A stretch of DNA of 40,037 nucleotides from Collodictyon triciliatum (Eukaryota), in NCBI GenBank assembly GCA_043381765.1, contig JBHJMP010000335.1, forward strand, positions 1 to 40,037, written 5' to 3'. Below are positions 1 through 15,935 of this stretch, one piece after another. The first letter of the stretch is position 1, and each line of letters begins with the position of its first letter. The position numbers were made by a program, and so were the translations under genes. A model generated the notes under the pieces. The model was not told where the DNA came from, searched no databases, and saw nothing but the letters and a program-made list of their open reading frames with translations.

Positions 1-77
1 AAAAAAGAAAAGAAAAGAAAAGAAAAGAAAAGAAAAGAAAAGAAAAGAAAAGAAAAGAAAAGAAAAGAAAAGAAAAG
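1..77. repeat. (AAAAG)n microsatellite
   Basis: Perfect pentanucleotide tandem repeat at the window start. Confidence 0.97.
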
Positions 78-366
78 GAGTTTCGGCCGCAGCAAGAATC
101 AACAAGAGAATATATGTTTCGAGAAGCCTTGAGCCCAGGAAAAAGCCGATCACCGACCAGAGCTGTCGAAGATCACCCCACACAAGAAACAAACCCGCAG
201 CGACCAGAACACTCACCAAGCAGGACACCTCCCACGACTTTGAATCGAATAAAGGAAAAAAAAAAAAAAAGAAAAAGCAGGAGACCCCCACGAAACTCGC
301 TGCAACAGCCCCTTCAACCTCCCTGCACTTTATTCATCTGCTGCCTTGTGGAAAGCGCAAGGAACA

Positions 367-3296
367 CTAGCTGGTGAGACTCTCGTCGTTCACGCCCACG
401 GATTTCGGGGGTCGTATGTTTCTCAGGTCGATGGCGACAGGGACACGGATGCCCATACGGAAACCGGCATCGCCCGGCTTCAAAGGCTGCCTGTGTAGAG
501 TTGACGGGGTGTTTTGTGAGTTTACAACGCGGCGAGTTTGATGGCTCCACGCGGAGCTCTTTGGTCGAAAAGGGTCAAGCCATACTTTCTTTTCTCGTCG
601 ATATCTCGGCATATCTCTGAAAACTTTTGCGGTCTGGACACACCGCGCGACCATTGCAGGGGGATAATATGGTTTGTGATGACGAGTGTGATGATGAGCA
701 TGAAATTTATACTTTTGAATGATGTTGTGACTGTCTTCTTTGGGATAAATTATTTATATGAGGGATGTAGGTGGGAAAATGGCATATAGCGGCAAATGGA
801 TAACTACCCTCGCTGTGCAGAAAGGCGCCTATCGCCCCCCTACATAAAGAAGTGTTCGACAGATAGGACAGATAGGACTGATGCAATTAGAATAGATATA
901 ACAAACTCAGCGCATTTATGAAAATAACACGGGGTTATATGCCACCTTTTCCTTTTTACCGAAAGTTGAAGATGAGGGATTTAGCGTTCTTTTCCACTTA
1001 TCTGTTATAGCCTTGAACAACAATATATATACATTTAAAGAGATTGATGCTTCATATGATACAAATTCACCAAATTTCAATGAAAAGTATCAAACAGTAC
1101 AGCAAAATATATTTACACAGCCACAACAAGGAACAATTGAAAAAAAAAACCTCAATTTTGCGTTTGTTTTCTGCTGTTTCTTGAGGTGCGCATTGGAGTT
1201 TTGTCAAAACTCGGCCAAGTTGGCTCGGCTTCACATGTTCCTCCAGTTCATCAATATCCAGCTGAAACTTTTATGCATGGTATATGATGATAAGTAAAAA
1301 GCAAGGGCACAAAATGAAGATAGTTCAAAACAAGGGAGGTGGCCCTACTCGTCCAATAATATCAATCAGGGAGCTTCGAATTGTGAGATTGGGGAGAGTA
1401 TTGTCTGCATAAGGACGAAGCCATTTCTAGCATTTTTTTTATTGGTAATGTGTTATTCCTACTATTACTAGTATTATTTTTTTAAAAATAAATAAATAAA
1501 TAAAATATGTAGGAGATTCGACTAACTAATTATAAGAAAATGGGGTGTGGTAAAGGTTAAAAAATACCGCCAGGATGGAAAAGATGTCTTTTTGCAAAAG
1601 CTCGTTTCTTGATGACTCTCTATATTACATGTACATAGTCAGAAGCGCATATTTTCAATCGCACATCATTCCAAAATAGAATTTGCATATTACTGAAGTA
1701 AAATTGATGGTTACTGAAGAGTGGCCATGTCGAGCTCATGAAGCATCTTGAGCTTACTAAGTGCAGGTTTTCGATTTTCCAGGTCTTTCTTATCAGTCTC
1801 GTACGCTATCTCCATCTTAAACATCGAATAGTGTAATGAGCGTGTATATGACAAAATAATAAATATGGTCAATCGCATATAGTATGATAATAAGATATCG
1901 CATCAACTAATGATATAAACTAGTAGTTTTATGATGTCCTTTAGAATTTATCTATATAGATATAAAAAACCACCTTCTCAATCAGAAGCTGAAGGGTAGC
2001 CTCTAACTCGCCGCTAGATTTCTTTTTTGAGGTTTCTCTACGCTCTATGTGACGGGTAATTATTGATATCATAAAAGATTTCGAATACCAGATTGAATAG
2101 TGTTCATAATAAAATAATAATATGTGTACCAATATCTTCTTCGTCTCCTATTGTCTCTTCCGCTTCAGAAGCGTCACTGTTTTCAGATGAGAAATATTTT
2201 TAAGGGCGTATAAGTTATGCTTTTGATACGTAGAGTACTATAAATTTTGTTTGTATTATTAATTCTAATTTCAGTGCGGCTTTGTATTTTTCATATTTCA
2301 TCAAAAACCCCGATATTATCATACCTGCCATGCAAATCCCTTTTTTGAAAGTCCTCTGTTTCCCCATGTGTCTTACAATTTTTAAAAGATGAAAGTCTTA
2401 AGTATGAAAGTTCACCCAATGAGTCGTATAACAAAGTCTGACCTTGGAGGAAAAAGAAAAAAGGAGGGTACTATTAAAGTTCATACCTCTTTGTGCCGGT
2501 GCTTCGATTTCTTCTCAGATCTAGATTTCTGAATGAGGTTTATTTGTGTAAATTTAGAACTATCTTACATCTATTGCATATGTGATACAATCACATATTA
2601 CTGCAGGCTCTTTACTCACCGCAGAAGATTTTTCGTCCTTCGACCTGTTAAAAACGCATGTATAGATGAATAGTCAATCAATCAAGTGAATTAATCATCC
2701 AATAATTTTTCATATTGGAACTGCCATATCCAATGCCATGCTGTTCTGTTACGACATCCCATAGAACCCGTTCTGCGATAGAAATATGTCTCTTGCACAG
2801 GTACACCAATTCGTATTGAAAAAAAAACCTGGACTTCTTTTTCTTTGATGGAGGCTTTGAGGAATGTTCTTCAAGGGATGAAACATCACCTTCTGGCTTG
2901 GAACCATATCCATCCTCCCTCTCCTCTTCTGAACTCCTCTAAATTAATATAGAATAATGTTACCTCTGGTAAGGAATTACAGTGGCATGATTTTTTATAT
3001 CGATGTGGTTTCCCTCCATTTATATTATCCATTTTGGTTGCAGGGTATGATAATGTCATTAGTTTATCACAATGGTTGGATTAGCCTGGTTTACAAAGTT
3101 TTCAAAATAATACGGAATAAGAGCGGGTTATAACAGCTATGTGCATGTTTCCTGGACCGAATATATTAACAGGGCACCCAGAAAATATACAAATGAAGAA
3201 GCAAACATCAATCCAACATAGATATTGAAATTGTAAGTGAGGTTCACCTTCTTCAGCTTGCGTTCTTAGCAGGAGAGAGGACATATTAAGTTCCAT
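367..3296 (-). CDS. IWS1: IWS1/SPN1 transcription elongation factor (multi-exon)
   Basis: Spliced exons give MEIAYETDKKDLENRKPALSKLKMLHEL, LLQKDIFSILAKWLRPYADNTLPNLTIRSSLIDII, LDIDELEEHVKPSQLGRVLTKLQCAPQETAENKRKIEAITDKWKR and a last exon with PLKPGDAGFRMGIRVP. These match the IWS1 TFIIS-N-like core and the C-terminal LRPGDPGF..RVP motif. The N-terminus is acidic/basic low complexity; the start codon is uncertain. Confidence 0.9.
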
Positions 3297-4119
3297 GTTT
3301 AATAAAGGAACCACATTCGACAATATTCTCGGTCTTTGTGGTTGAAAAGTATAAAGAAACAGATTGAAGCAAAACGGAAAAGAAAAGAAAAGAAAAGAAA
3401 AGAACCTTTTTGCGAAACACGATCAGACATTCCCTTTTGCGCAAGGCCTATGATTAAAAAAAAAGAAGAAAAGGTAAGGATCGAAACAAGGGAGATAAGC
3501 TAATGATGCTCTCAAAGTTTTCCTTCACTGTTCGTGAATCGTCTACGCAACGTCAAAGTTTGGCGGCTGGGCAACTTGTCGCCGATGTGAGGCAGGAAAG
3601 ACGACTCGCACGCTTTAGATTTTATTTTCCAGATATAACTGCACTGATTGAAAATTCTGGAAGGCCTTATCCCAATTTCGGCTAACAAAAGAACCCTGTG
3701 CTTATTGTGTCCTCTCGGATTTGAACCATCTTGTTTTCCGTCTACTTTTCGCTGAATCACGGAACTTTTCCTACTCTTCCACCAAACCCGAATAAACTCG
3801 GAAGTTGGTGGCATTTTTGGACTTGTCTGATCTGCAGCGCCTTTCGCAAATCATCAAAGACAGATCCACACAGCAAGTATATAAAGGCTCGTCCTTTCTT
3901 TTGCTCCAAGCGATTTCGTGTTTTGGTTAAGTCCATCACAAAGACACAGCTACTTTGATATTAATGATTGTAGGTGAACAAAACGCACCCAAAAAACCAA
4001 TCACCCATTTGCCAAACGGGATGCTTTTGTTATGAGAAAGAGAGAGAAATAATAATTCCGAGCTTGTTCATAAGAATCCGGAAAGGATCGATGGGCCAAC
4101 ATATGTTTTTTTTCTTTAG

Positions 4120-6982
4120 ATGAACCCTGCTGCGTCCAAGAACTTTATCATTACAACCTTCTGCACCTCGGAAGGGAAAGCCTTACTGGAGTTAAAGATC
4201 CTCGACATCAAGAAGAGATTCAAAGTAGACGTAAGTGCTCTTAATGCTCTCTTCCTTTCCCCTCTTAAACACGCACGCTCGCTTTCTCTACATATTTTTA
4301 TATATAATTACTATAGTTAATTATGTGGATTTTTTTCTTGTTGTTTAGCTCGGAAGATGCTCAAATGTATTACGTCGATTTATTCTCAGGTGCTGTTGCA
4401 GTCAGGAGGAAATAATGTCACCCTTTCCACAAGACATACAAACAACTTCTTCGGCAGCAATTTTATGGACTACTTCAGAAACGTTGTTAACCCACAGCAT
4501 GTATGGTTATTCGATTAATGTTGATTGTTTTCTCCCAGAACAAGATGAAAAGCATGAGCTATATTCGCATCCATGCGCTATTTATCCAAAATCCATTAAC
4601 CATATATATGTCTTCTCATTCTCAAGAAATCATGCTGCTATATTGTAGGTTCTGCAGCTTAATCGAGTTGAAATCTCTCATAATAATGTATACCAGAGAT
4701 TATACGATATGGAGAATTTTTATGGTAAGAAGTGCATTACTTGACTTCACTCTTCAATAACACATCTAAGTTTTGATACCTCTATGGCTTTATTTACTTT
4801 GAGGGCATCACAACCGGAATAAAATAACATCAGCCCCCTTATTCCAGTATATCTTTTGCTATTTCCTTTGATACTTACCGCATCGGCCTCAGGTGTTGTT
4901 TTCTTGTACGACGCGACTAACAAAGTGTTGAGGATCCATGGAAACACCGAGCCGTTACGGAAATTCAGGTAAAAAAAATTATGTATAACTTTCCGTGTCT
5001 TTTTTTTTTTTTAATGAGCCATTCAGATGGAAAGATGCCTTAAAAAATTCTGAACCTTTTATTCTTATTTTGTTTTGGCACTTGTTATAGAGCAAATATC
5101 ACCGAAGCTTTGCCGCTGTGCTGGAGATATTATTCTTTGTCCTCTGAAAAATGGGTCGAGCTGAGTTCTCCGTACCAAAATCTATTCAGCTCAAGGTTTT
5201 GTACCACGCAATACTTTAAGCTGGAGCTTGAAAATGGCTCCGAGATTCAGGTAATATATTCTTCTTTGCTTTCATTTTTTTTTTCATTCTCATTGATACA
5301 CAACCCACACTTTATCTTGTCTGGACTCAAACTCATTTATAATTTTGATACACAAAATATTTTGGTCATCATTTCTGCCACTAGGTGAACTTCAATGACA
5401 TGGAAATAACTGACGAAGAAGTGGCGGCCCGAATGTTACAGCTATTAATCGGTCCCTGTGCCCCTACTCACGGGGCAACTGCTGATCCGGCTATTGATAG
5501 CCTTGCGACAACCTTTGTAATATATTAATTTGCTGTTCATAGNNNNNNNNNNNNNNNNNNNNNNNNNNNNNNNNNNNNNNNNNNNNNNNNNNNNNNNNNN
5601 NNNNNNNNNNNNNNNNNNNNNNNNNNNNNNNNNNNNNNNNNNNNNNNNNNNNNNNNNNNNNNNNNNNNNNNNNNNNNNNNNNNNNNNNNNNNNNNNNNNN
5701 NNNNNNNNNNNNNNNNNNNNNNNNNNNNNNNNNNNNNNNNNNNNNNNNNNNNNNNNNNNNNNNNNNNNNNNNNNNNNNNNNNNNNNNNNNNNNNNNNNNN
5801 NNNNNNNNNNNNNNNNNNNNNNNNNNNNNNNNNNNNNNNNNNNNNNNNNNNNNNNNNNNNNNNNNNNNNNNNNNNNNNNNNNNNNNNNNNNNNNNNNNNN
5901 NNNNNNNNNNNNNNNNNNNNNNNNNNNNNNNNNNNNNNNNNNNNNNNNNNNNNNNNNNNNNNNNNNNNNNNNNNNNNNNNNNGTAGATAAGCGCGCAGGC
6001 CGGTCTACGTCTCCATATAGCCTTAATCGACCAAGTAAGAATTGCATTTTCGTCCATCACACCACAGGAGCTTACTTCTTCAGGGATTATATTTAAATGA
6101 GTAAAAGACACACATATTACCAGCTCATACACTTAGTCCGTTTCATACTTGACTTCTCTGCGATTTCAGGGTTAGAGGGTCAACGTGTGGAGAGCAGAGC
6201 GTTAAGTGTCCCACTTCAGGATCCAGTTCGGGAAGGTGCCAGAGTGTGGAATATGTTTGAGCAATTTCCTTCATTGAAGGGTGCGTGTGTACGGTCTGTC
6301 ATTATCGAAGGAACCAACGTAGCTTTGGGTTATGGAAGAGAACATGCATATAATACAGAAAAATTGGCGGCGGTGTGCAAATATTTCTCTGACTGTGGTG
6401 TGGAAGTAGTCGTAAGTTTATGTCGTTGTGCCTTTCCCACCACACTAGTTTTAACATATTGTCATTCGTTAATACTCTTTTATATGAGCCTGTGTGCAAT
6501 CCCTTATTGTTTTTTTAGGTCACTGTGCCCAACTACCGGACTAACACAACCTCCCAGACCATACCCATCACTGATGCCAGTATTATCCACAAGCTGATAG
6601 CCGAGAACAAGGTACTCATCATCCCGGGAAATATGGATGAGCACCTGGCCGCCCTAGAGTACGCGTACATGACAGAATCAGGTGGGATTGCTTATTGAAT
6701 AAGAGTATGAATATGCCATGTTTATATATAATTGATGATAGTCACATCCTGGAAGCACACATTTTGCCTCAATACACACATATATATGCATGTGCTTTTC
6801 TTAATATCTCATCCTTTGTTGTAGTGGTGATTTCCTGCAATACAAAGAATATCTCAGTCCCTCCGCACTTGGCTCAGTACGCGTGCGGGAAAATATTCCC
6901 TTATGTCATTATCGGTGACTCCGTCACCGTCACAAGGCAGATGCTGAAGAAGTTTGACTTTGACAAGGTGATGCGCCGCTAA
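4120..6982 (+). CDS. KH-like x2 + WWE-like + NYN/PIN (Regnase-1/N4BP1/KHNYN-type) protein; spans an assembly gap
   Basis: Inferred exons: 4120-4230, 4390-4500, 4649-4724, 4893-4968, 5091-5250, 5385-~5516, [gap], ~6170-6411, 6519-6681, 6825-6982. The C-terminus RSVIIEGTNVALGYG...VVVTVPNYR...PITDASIIHKL...MDEHLAALEYA...VVISCN...IFPYVIIGD aligns with the Zc3h12a-like NYN domain. The middle segment WRYYSLSSEKWVEL...IQVNFNDM resembles WWE. Confidence 0.75.
5543..5981. other. assembly gap (N run) inside the KH-WWE-NYN gene
   Basis: Run of N. Confidence 1.
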
Positions 6983-7574
6983 TCGCCCGACTCCCATATC
7001 CTACACACTCATGAACAGCGTCACCTTCTCGCCTGCTTGGAGGGCTCAGTGGTAGCTCTTCCCCTTTCCTTCGGAATAAATGGGATATATTCTATGGAAA
7101 ATTTTTGTCGATGATTTTTTTATCGCCTTTTCTTCTTTTTTTTTCTTCCTTTTTCTTTTTCTTTTTCTTATTTTTTGCCACATAAAGTCCTAGTTCTTTT
7201 TCTCGGTAAACATGCCAAATATGCAATCTATTTGTGGAATATATGCGAAACATGCTGAATGTATCATTCATTCACATGATTCCCACTTGGCTTCGTTAAC
7301 TTGCAAGTTGAGTCGTTATCCACCAAACCTAAATTTAATGTTTGGCCAGAATCGGATGCGGGCTTTGCCAAGGCCGCTGCATAAATGGCAGCTGTTGCTG
7401 TGACTGAACACTTTATTGACTGCAGCAGTGAGCGAGGTATGTATATAGTAAATGTATAGATTTGCACAAACTGAAAAACAACACAGACCATTAATGGAGA
7501 AAGAGAAACACCTAATGTTGCGACCGATGATATACGTTCGACTTGAAGGTGGCCAGCCAAGGCACCAAACCCCC

Positions 7575-7724
7575 ACGAACACGAACACAAAACAAAACAA
7601 AACGAACACAAAACAAAACAAAACGAACACAAAACAAAACAAAACGAACACAAAACGAACACAAAACAAAACAAAACAAAACAAAACAAAATAAAATAAA
7701 ACAAAACAAAACAAAACAAAACAA
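7575..7724. repeat. compound (AAAAC)n / (ACGAACACAAAACAAAACAAA)n repeat
   Basis: Visible intergenic tandem repeat; it explains the spurious low-complexity ORFs here. Confidence 0.93.
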
Positions 7725-8003
7725 AGAGAAGAAAAAGGAGTATGTTTCATCCAGTGAGAACATTAAGCTATTCACACGCTTGCCTCTGCGGATAGAAAAA
7801 AAACAAGTTTTGTTTCATCATCAAAATTGAAAAAAAGTCGAAAAAAAAAAGGCAAACCAGGTTGCTTTCCAACAAAACCTCAGCGGCTACTAACAAACTC
7901 CCCACACCTACTCCCACGCCACTATTTTATTTCATCGTATTAATCATATTGAGACAATGCCTTGCTTGCGCCTTTAACCAAAACACTCATTTCAGGACAG
8001 AGA

Positions 8004-11000
8004 ATGACACAGTCGCACCCTTTTCAAAACCTCCGCGCAGTCATTCCATTCAACCCCGTCTTTTTTTTCCTCTTTATCTCCGGCTTCCTGTTGCTTTTGG
8101 TCAGCCTCTCGAGTTGGAGGATGGACAGACACACACTCACAGACGAATTCGCAGAGGATTCGATACGAAGAACCTCGAACGTGGGGTCGATGATTTCCTT
8201 CTTTACCGGTCCTGAACAAGGCGGACCTCGCGTCAATCAAGTACCAAATAGAAGGGACTCAAATGCAAGAGGATTCTCTCAGGTAGACATAGCTGAGTTG
8301 GGAAATCCATCGGCACCGGCATTCAGTGTTACTTGCAGTGATGACGGAATCAACTCTACATTACTGGAGGTCGTTGGCTCCATTCGCTTTTATCATCCGG
8401 AATCACACATTTTAGTTTTGACGACGCAGAGAAATATTGATGAGCGACTTCTTTTAAAGCTACGCTCTCTCGGTCGTGTATCTCATCTGGAATCTCAAGC
8501 GTTGACAGGATTATTTCAGACATTACCAACTGAGCTTCATCCTTTAATTGCAGCATTCTTTACTGCAGAGAAGTATACAAATGTCATGTATGTGTAATCA
8601 CTCATACTTTTCTGCTAATCTGCATTTATCTCAATTTCCTGCATATCAGCGCGCTTCCATTAACTTCATTTTGTTTAATTTTCGTACGAAATTATTACTC
8701 TTACTTATTTACCATCATTACCCTCCATGTTTGATAAGTGCACTTCCGGAGGGTCATTATATCACATCTTCAGTGGCTGACGTGAATCGTGAAATAACAT
8801 TAAAGGGCGTTGTGTCCAAAATTTCGGAATGTATAAGTTTCACCACGTTTATCTATTTGAACTATCACTCTTATTCTTATTATACAATTGACATTCTGAA
8901 TTCTAAACAAGCTTCATCGATTGGTAAATGCGTTTATTCAAAGTATTGTAAATAAATGACATTTTTAGTAACGCCGGGCATGTTCTTGTTCGGTTTTTCG
9001 AGAGAAAGTGATCTTTATACATCCCTCAAGAATGAATTGTCTGTGTGTCAGCTTTCCTGTGGCGTAGATGATGAAAAAGAGCTACAAGATGTAATTCCAT
9101 CTCTTTTCCTTTTATTCCTTTTATTCCTTTTATTCCTTTTATTCCTTTTATTCCTTTTATTCCTTTTATTCCTTTTATTCCCCTCCCCTTCACACCCCGA
9201 CTTGGTTTTATTGCTCATTTATTTTCTTTTAACATATATTTATGTAATCAAATTTTATTCCCTTTATAACAGATTTGGACTACATTAACGACGAAGGGAG
9301 CCCCTAAGTTGATTTTGCCTCTCGCAAAAGCAAAGTTAGAAAGGCGTAAGGCCATCTGTTGCTTTATATTGTAATACTACTATGAGTCGAGATGAGAAGC
9401 TGTTTGTATAGATAATAAAAAAAAATCCAGAATATATTTTGAATAAAAATCGAATTTAGAATTCTACATGAAGAAACTCGATTTTGCTGGGCAAGACACT
9501 CACTATGCTGAAGCAGCAACAAGTACCAAGAGGCACACAACCACACCAAAGCAGACTAACACAAAGACCCAGAGTCGAAGTCCAAAGGCTGTGGTGAAAG
9601 AGACAAAGCAACCTGACCCTCATAGTCAAAAGGACATAGAATCTTTATATGAGCACACTAGTTTTTCACACGAGAAACTGTCTGGTTATGTAGAGCTCAT
9701 TCAGAAAGTACCTTTAAATAATAATATCTTACAACCTCTATCTTTTTCTTAAGCGAAAACGAAATTTTATTTTATTTTATTTTATTTTATTTTTTGAAAA
9801 TAAAATAACTCAGAAATAATATGGTACTATATAGAACCAAACATTTACTATTGCAATGCTCGTACCTTCAACTTCGAAAGGAGCCGAATCTGTAAAAGAC
9901 CTCCCAATATTTGACACGCTATTACAGTCTATGGTTGATACAATTACAGATGAAGAGAGGAAAATGATAAATTTTGTAATATATTTGGGCTTCGACGAGG
10001 GTAACACAGATATAATTCACCTCGACGAACTCTTAGATTCCAAACTTTACTTATCCATTATCTATAATAGGTGATTTGTTGTACGATAATGAGGTGATGA
10101 TGGAGAACTTTAAAAACTCTGTTATAGGAAGTATAGGGAACGCATCAATATCATTAAAGGTATGTGATTATGATGTAATAACAGTTTTTCTTTTAAAAAA
10201 ATTCCCATATTGACGAAGTTAATTACGAATAAATGATTTTGGAATATTAGACCCAAAAAATGAGTGGACTAGAAGGTGCGCCGTGTTGGATATGGAATGC
10301 TTTGCTCAAAATAGCATATGAGGATGGAGCGGACTATTTTTATCAAATAAACGACGATGTTTTGCTTAATGACAAAGGTAGCCCCAATTTTATTTATTTA
10401 AGTTCCTTTTTGAAATTTGGTTTCAAGAATATCGTATTCATCGATTTTTAGTACTTAGATGGTTATTATTTATAGAATTGGGAGAAATTGTCACCATAGT
10501 TCTGTACCATAGGTTGGGCTCTAGACTTCATCCTAGCGCTACGATCTAATCCAATACTACCAAACTTGGGTAGATAAATGACATTATGAACTAAATAAAA
10601 AAAACACACAACTGTTTTGTACTTTGAGGCTAAGATACTTTTCTACTTTTTTAATAAAAAAATCCAGGAGTTGTTGGCCCAGTGGACTCTGGAAATCTGA
10701 AGACCATGACACAGAGTTTCATCCACCGAACTCATTTTGAAGTTTGTAAAACATTCGACGATTTCTGATTGGTGTATATCCGGTGTTAGGGAACCTTTTT
10801 CTCTCTTTAAGATGTGCTATAAAAATGGATGCTGTGGTTCAATTTTTTTCCTTTGTTTTAGATATTCAACTCCTACTATCCACAAAAATTTCGTAACTGG
10901 TATTCAGATGACTGGATGACACACGTTTATGGGAAAACGTCAACTTTTTGCTCTGAGGGTTAATTTTTTTTGAAATATATTAAGTGTTTAATTATCATAA

Positions 11001-11491
11001 GCTGACGAAGAGGTGCGCAAGCATCATAAATGGAGCTATGTCATAGTGCTAGTTTCATATAGTTCTGAAAAGTCTGACTATATGTATTTTCCAGAACACT
11101 CAATTCGCAATTTGAATGTTATGGGTCAAAGATACAAAGAAAGTCACAGCCATCGCTCTTTAGTAATTCCCGAGTTAGAAAACGTATGTGAAGCCTTTTA
11201 AAAATTTTAGCAATTTTTTTTTTATAGTAACAATACATATATAGTTCACACAGACGACTCGTGTATGATAATTGATGAATTAACTCTTCAAATACGAGTC
11301 AATATTATATATATTCCTATTTATCATTTTGTATTTTTGAAACGAAAAACCTATGGAAGGGATGCGAGGCAATAAAGGGATATATCACAAGCCGGGGCTT
11401 GGAATCATCGGCATTTGACTGTCACCATGAGAAGATGTATTGGGAGAAATCATCCAAAGAAAAGAAAAAGAGAAGAAGGCGGAGAAGATAA
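8004..11491 (+). CDS. type II membrane GT-A fold glycosyltransferase, probably two luminal domains (multi-exon)
   Basis: N-terminal TM anchor VFFFLFISGFLLLLVSL. C-terminal exons TIAMLVPSTSKG...IYLGFDEGDLLYD...WNALLKIAYEDGADYFYQINDD...GVVGPVDSGN...TQSFIHRTHFEIFNSYYPQKFRNWYSDDWMTHVY carry a DxD-like NDD motif typical of GT2-like enzymes. The last exon (11360-11491) is inferred. Confidence 0.8.
9109..9181. repeat. (TTTTATTCC)n intronic tandem repeat
   Basis: About 8 copies of a 9-mer just after a GT donor. Confidence 0.95.
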
Positions 11492-12273
11492 CTATTTTGA
11501 GATGGTTGATGTCCTATTATATGCTGCAAATAAATTTGAAGATAATGTTTGTCTGTCAAACAAAAAAGAAGGGAAATATACTTATGTATGTATCTCTATC
11601 TGTATTTCCTTTATTTGATTCAAAGTGCAGCGAGGTTATGCCATACAAAGGGGCGGGATAGGTGCGCATGGGAGAGAGCAAACGCGAATGGGAGAAGACA
11701 CTACTGTGGAGAGACTAGCACTGGAAAGAAGTCAGTGATAGCGAGTTGGTCAGATGGGCGACCCAAACGGTTGATTGACTGTGTGGGTAGCAGGGGTTGG
11801 ATATGCTGTGAGAGATATCGCACGACACATTCCCATATCTCTCTTCGCTTGCGGTCATACTAGCGAAGAATGGGAGCGTGTTTCAGTAGGCTGTTCAGGA
11901 AGCTGTATTGCACGAGGCTCTCAAGCATGGATGCATTGATTTCTCGTTCAATCGAATAATTAGAGCGAGAGAATGCACGCACACTCCATAAGGGCCACAG
12001 CATATGTCCCCCTGTGACTGTCCAGAGTATTCTAGAGTCGTGGGTCATTTGGTATTGTGGGCCAAACAGGATGTCAGACGCGCTGAGTCGGTTGGGAGCA
12101 TAATCAAGCTCATATTGATATATAAATATGGAACAAGTGTAATATAACTGATTTCAATATTTGGTTATTTATTTCGTCTGAAATACACACTATTCAAATA
12201 TTATCATTCATGCGACTGTTAAGTTCATTTATCTTTTGCATAGTATAAAGGCAGTTGACAGAAATGGATAAAT

Positions 12274-15632
<3,359 letters not shown>

Positions 15633-15935
15633 TGCGCGCGAGTTCCTGATTGTTCTTTGGAAGGTTTTAGAATGGATTTTGGCGATTGGTTTTCTGTGAT
15701 GACAGCAAGGCGAACCACGGCCTCTGACGCGGCTTTGCTTGGTCTCTGTAGCGATCTGTCGCGCAGATCAGAGGCTGTGATGTTATCCTCCAAATGTCAA
15801 AACTTTTCCAGATAAGGTATGGATTCTCAGCTCTCCTTTCGTGCTTTTCTTCAGGGTTTCTTTTCTCTGCTTCCGCAGCATTTTCATGCACTCCTTTTTC
15901 GGTTGTGATTATTTATTTAATCGATGTGTTTCCCA

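Noticed and set aside
3503-3958. Short ORFs between the divergent IWS1 and KH-WWE-NYN genes
   Set aside because: No frame gives a recognisable or spliceable protein; most likely promoter/5' UTR sequence.
5445-6132. ORFs containing long X runs (also 25496-26033 and 33712-34104)
   Set aside because: Artefacts of translating through N gaps.
7264-7830. Low-complexity FCFVL / TKQNK ORFs
   Set aside because: Translations of a simple tandem repeat.
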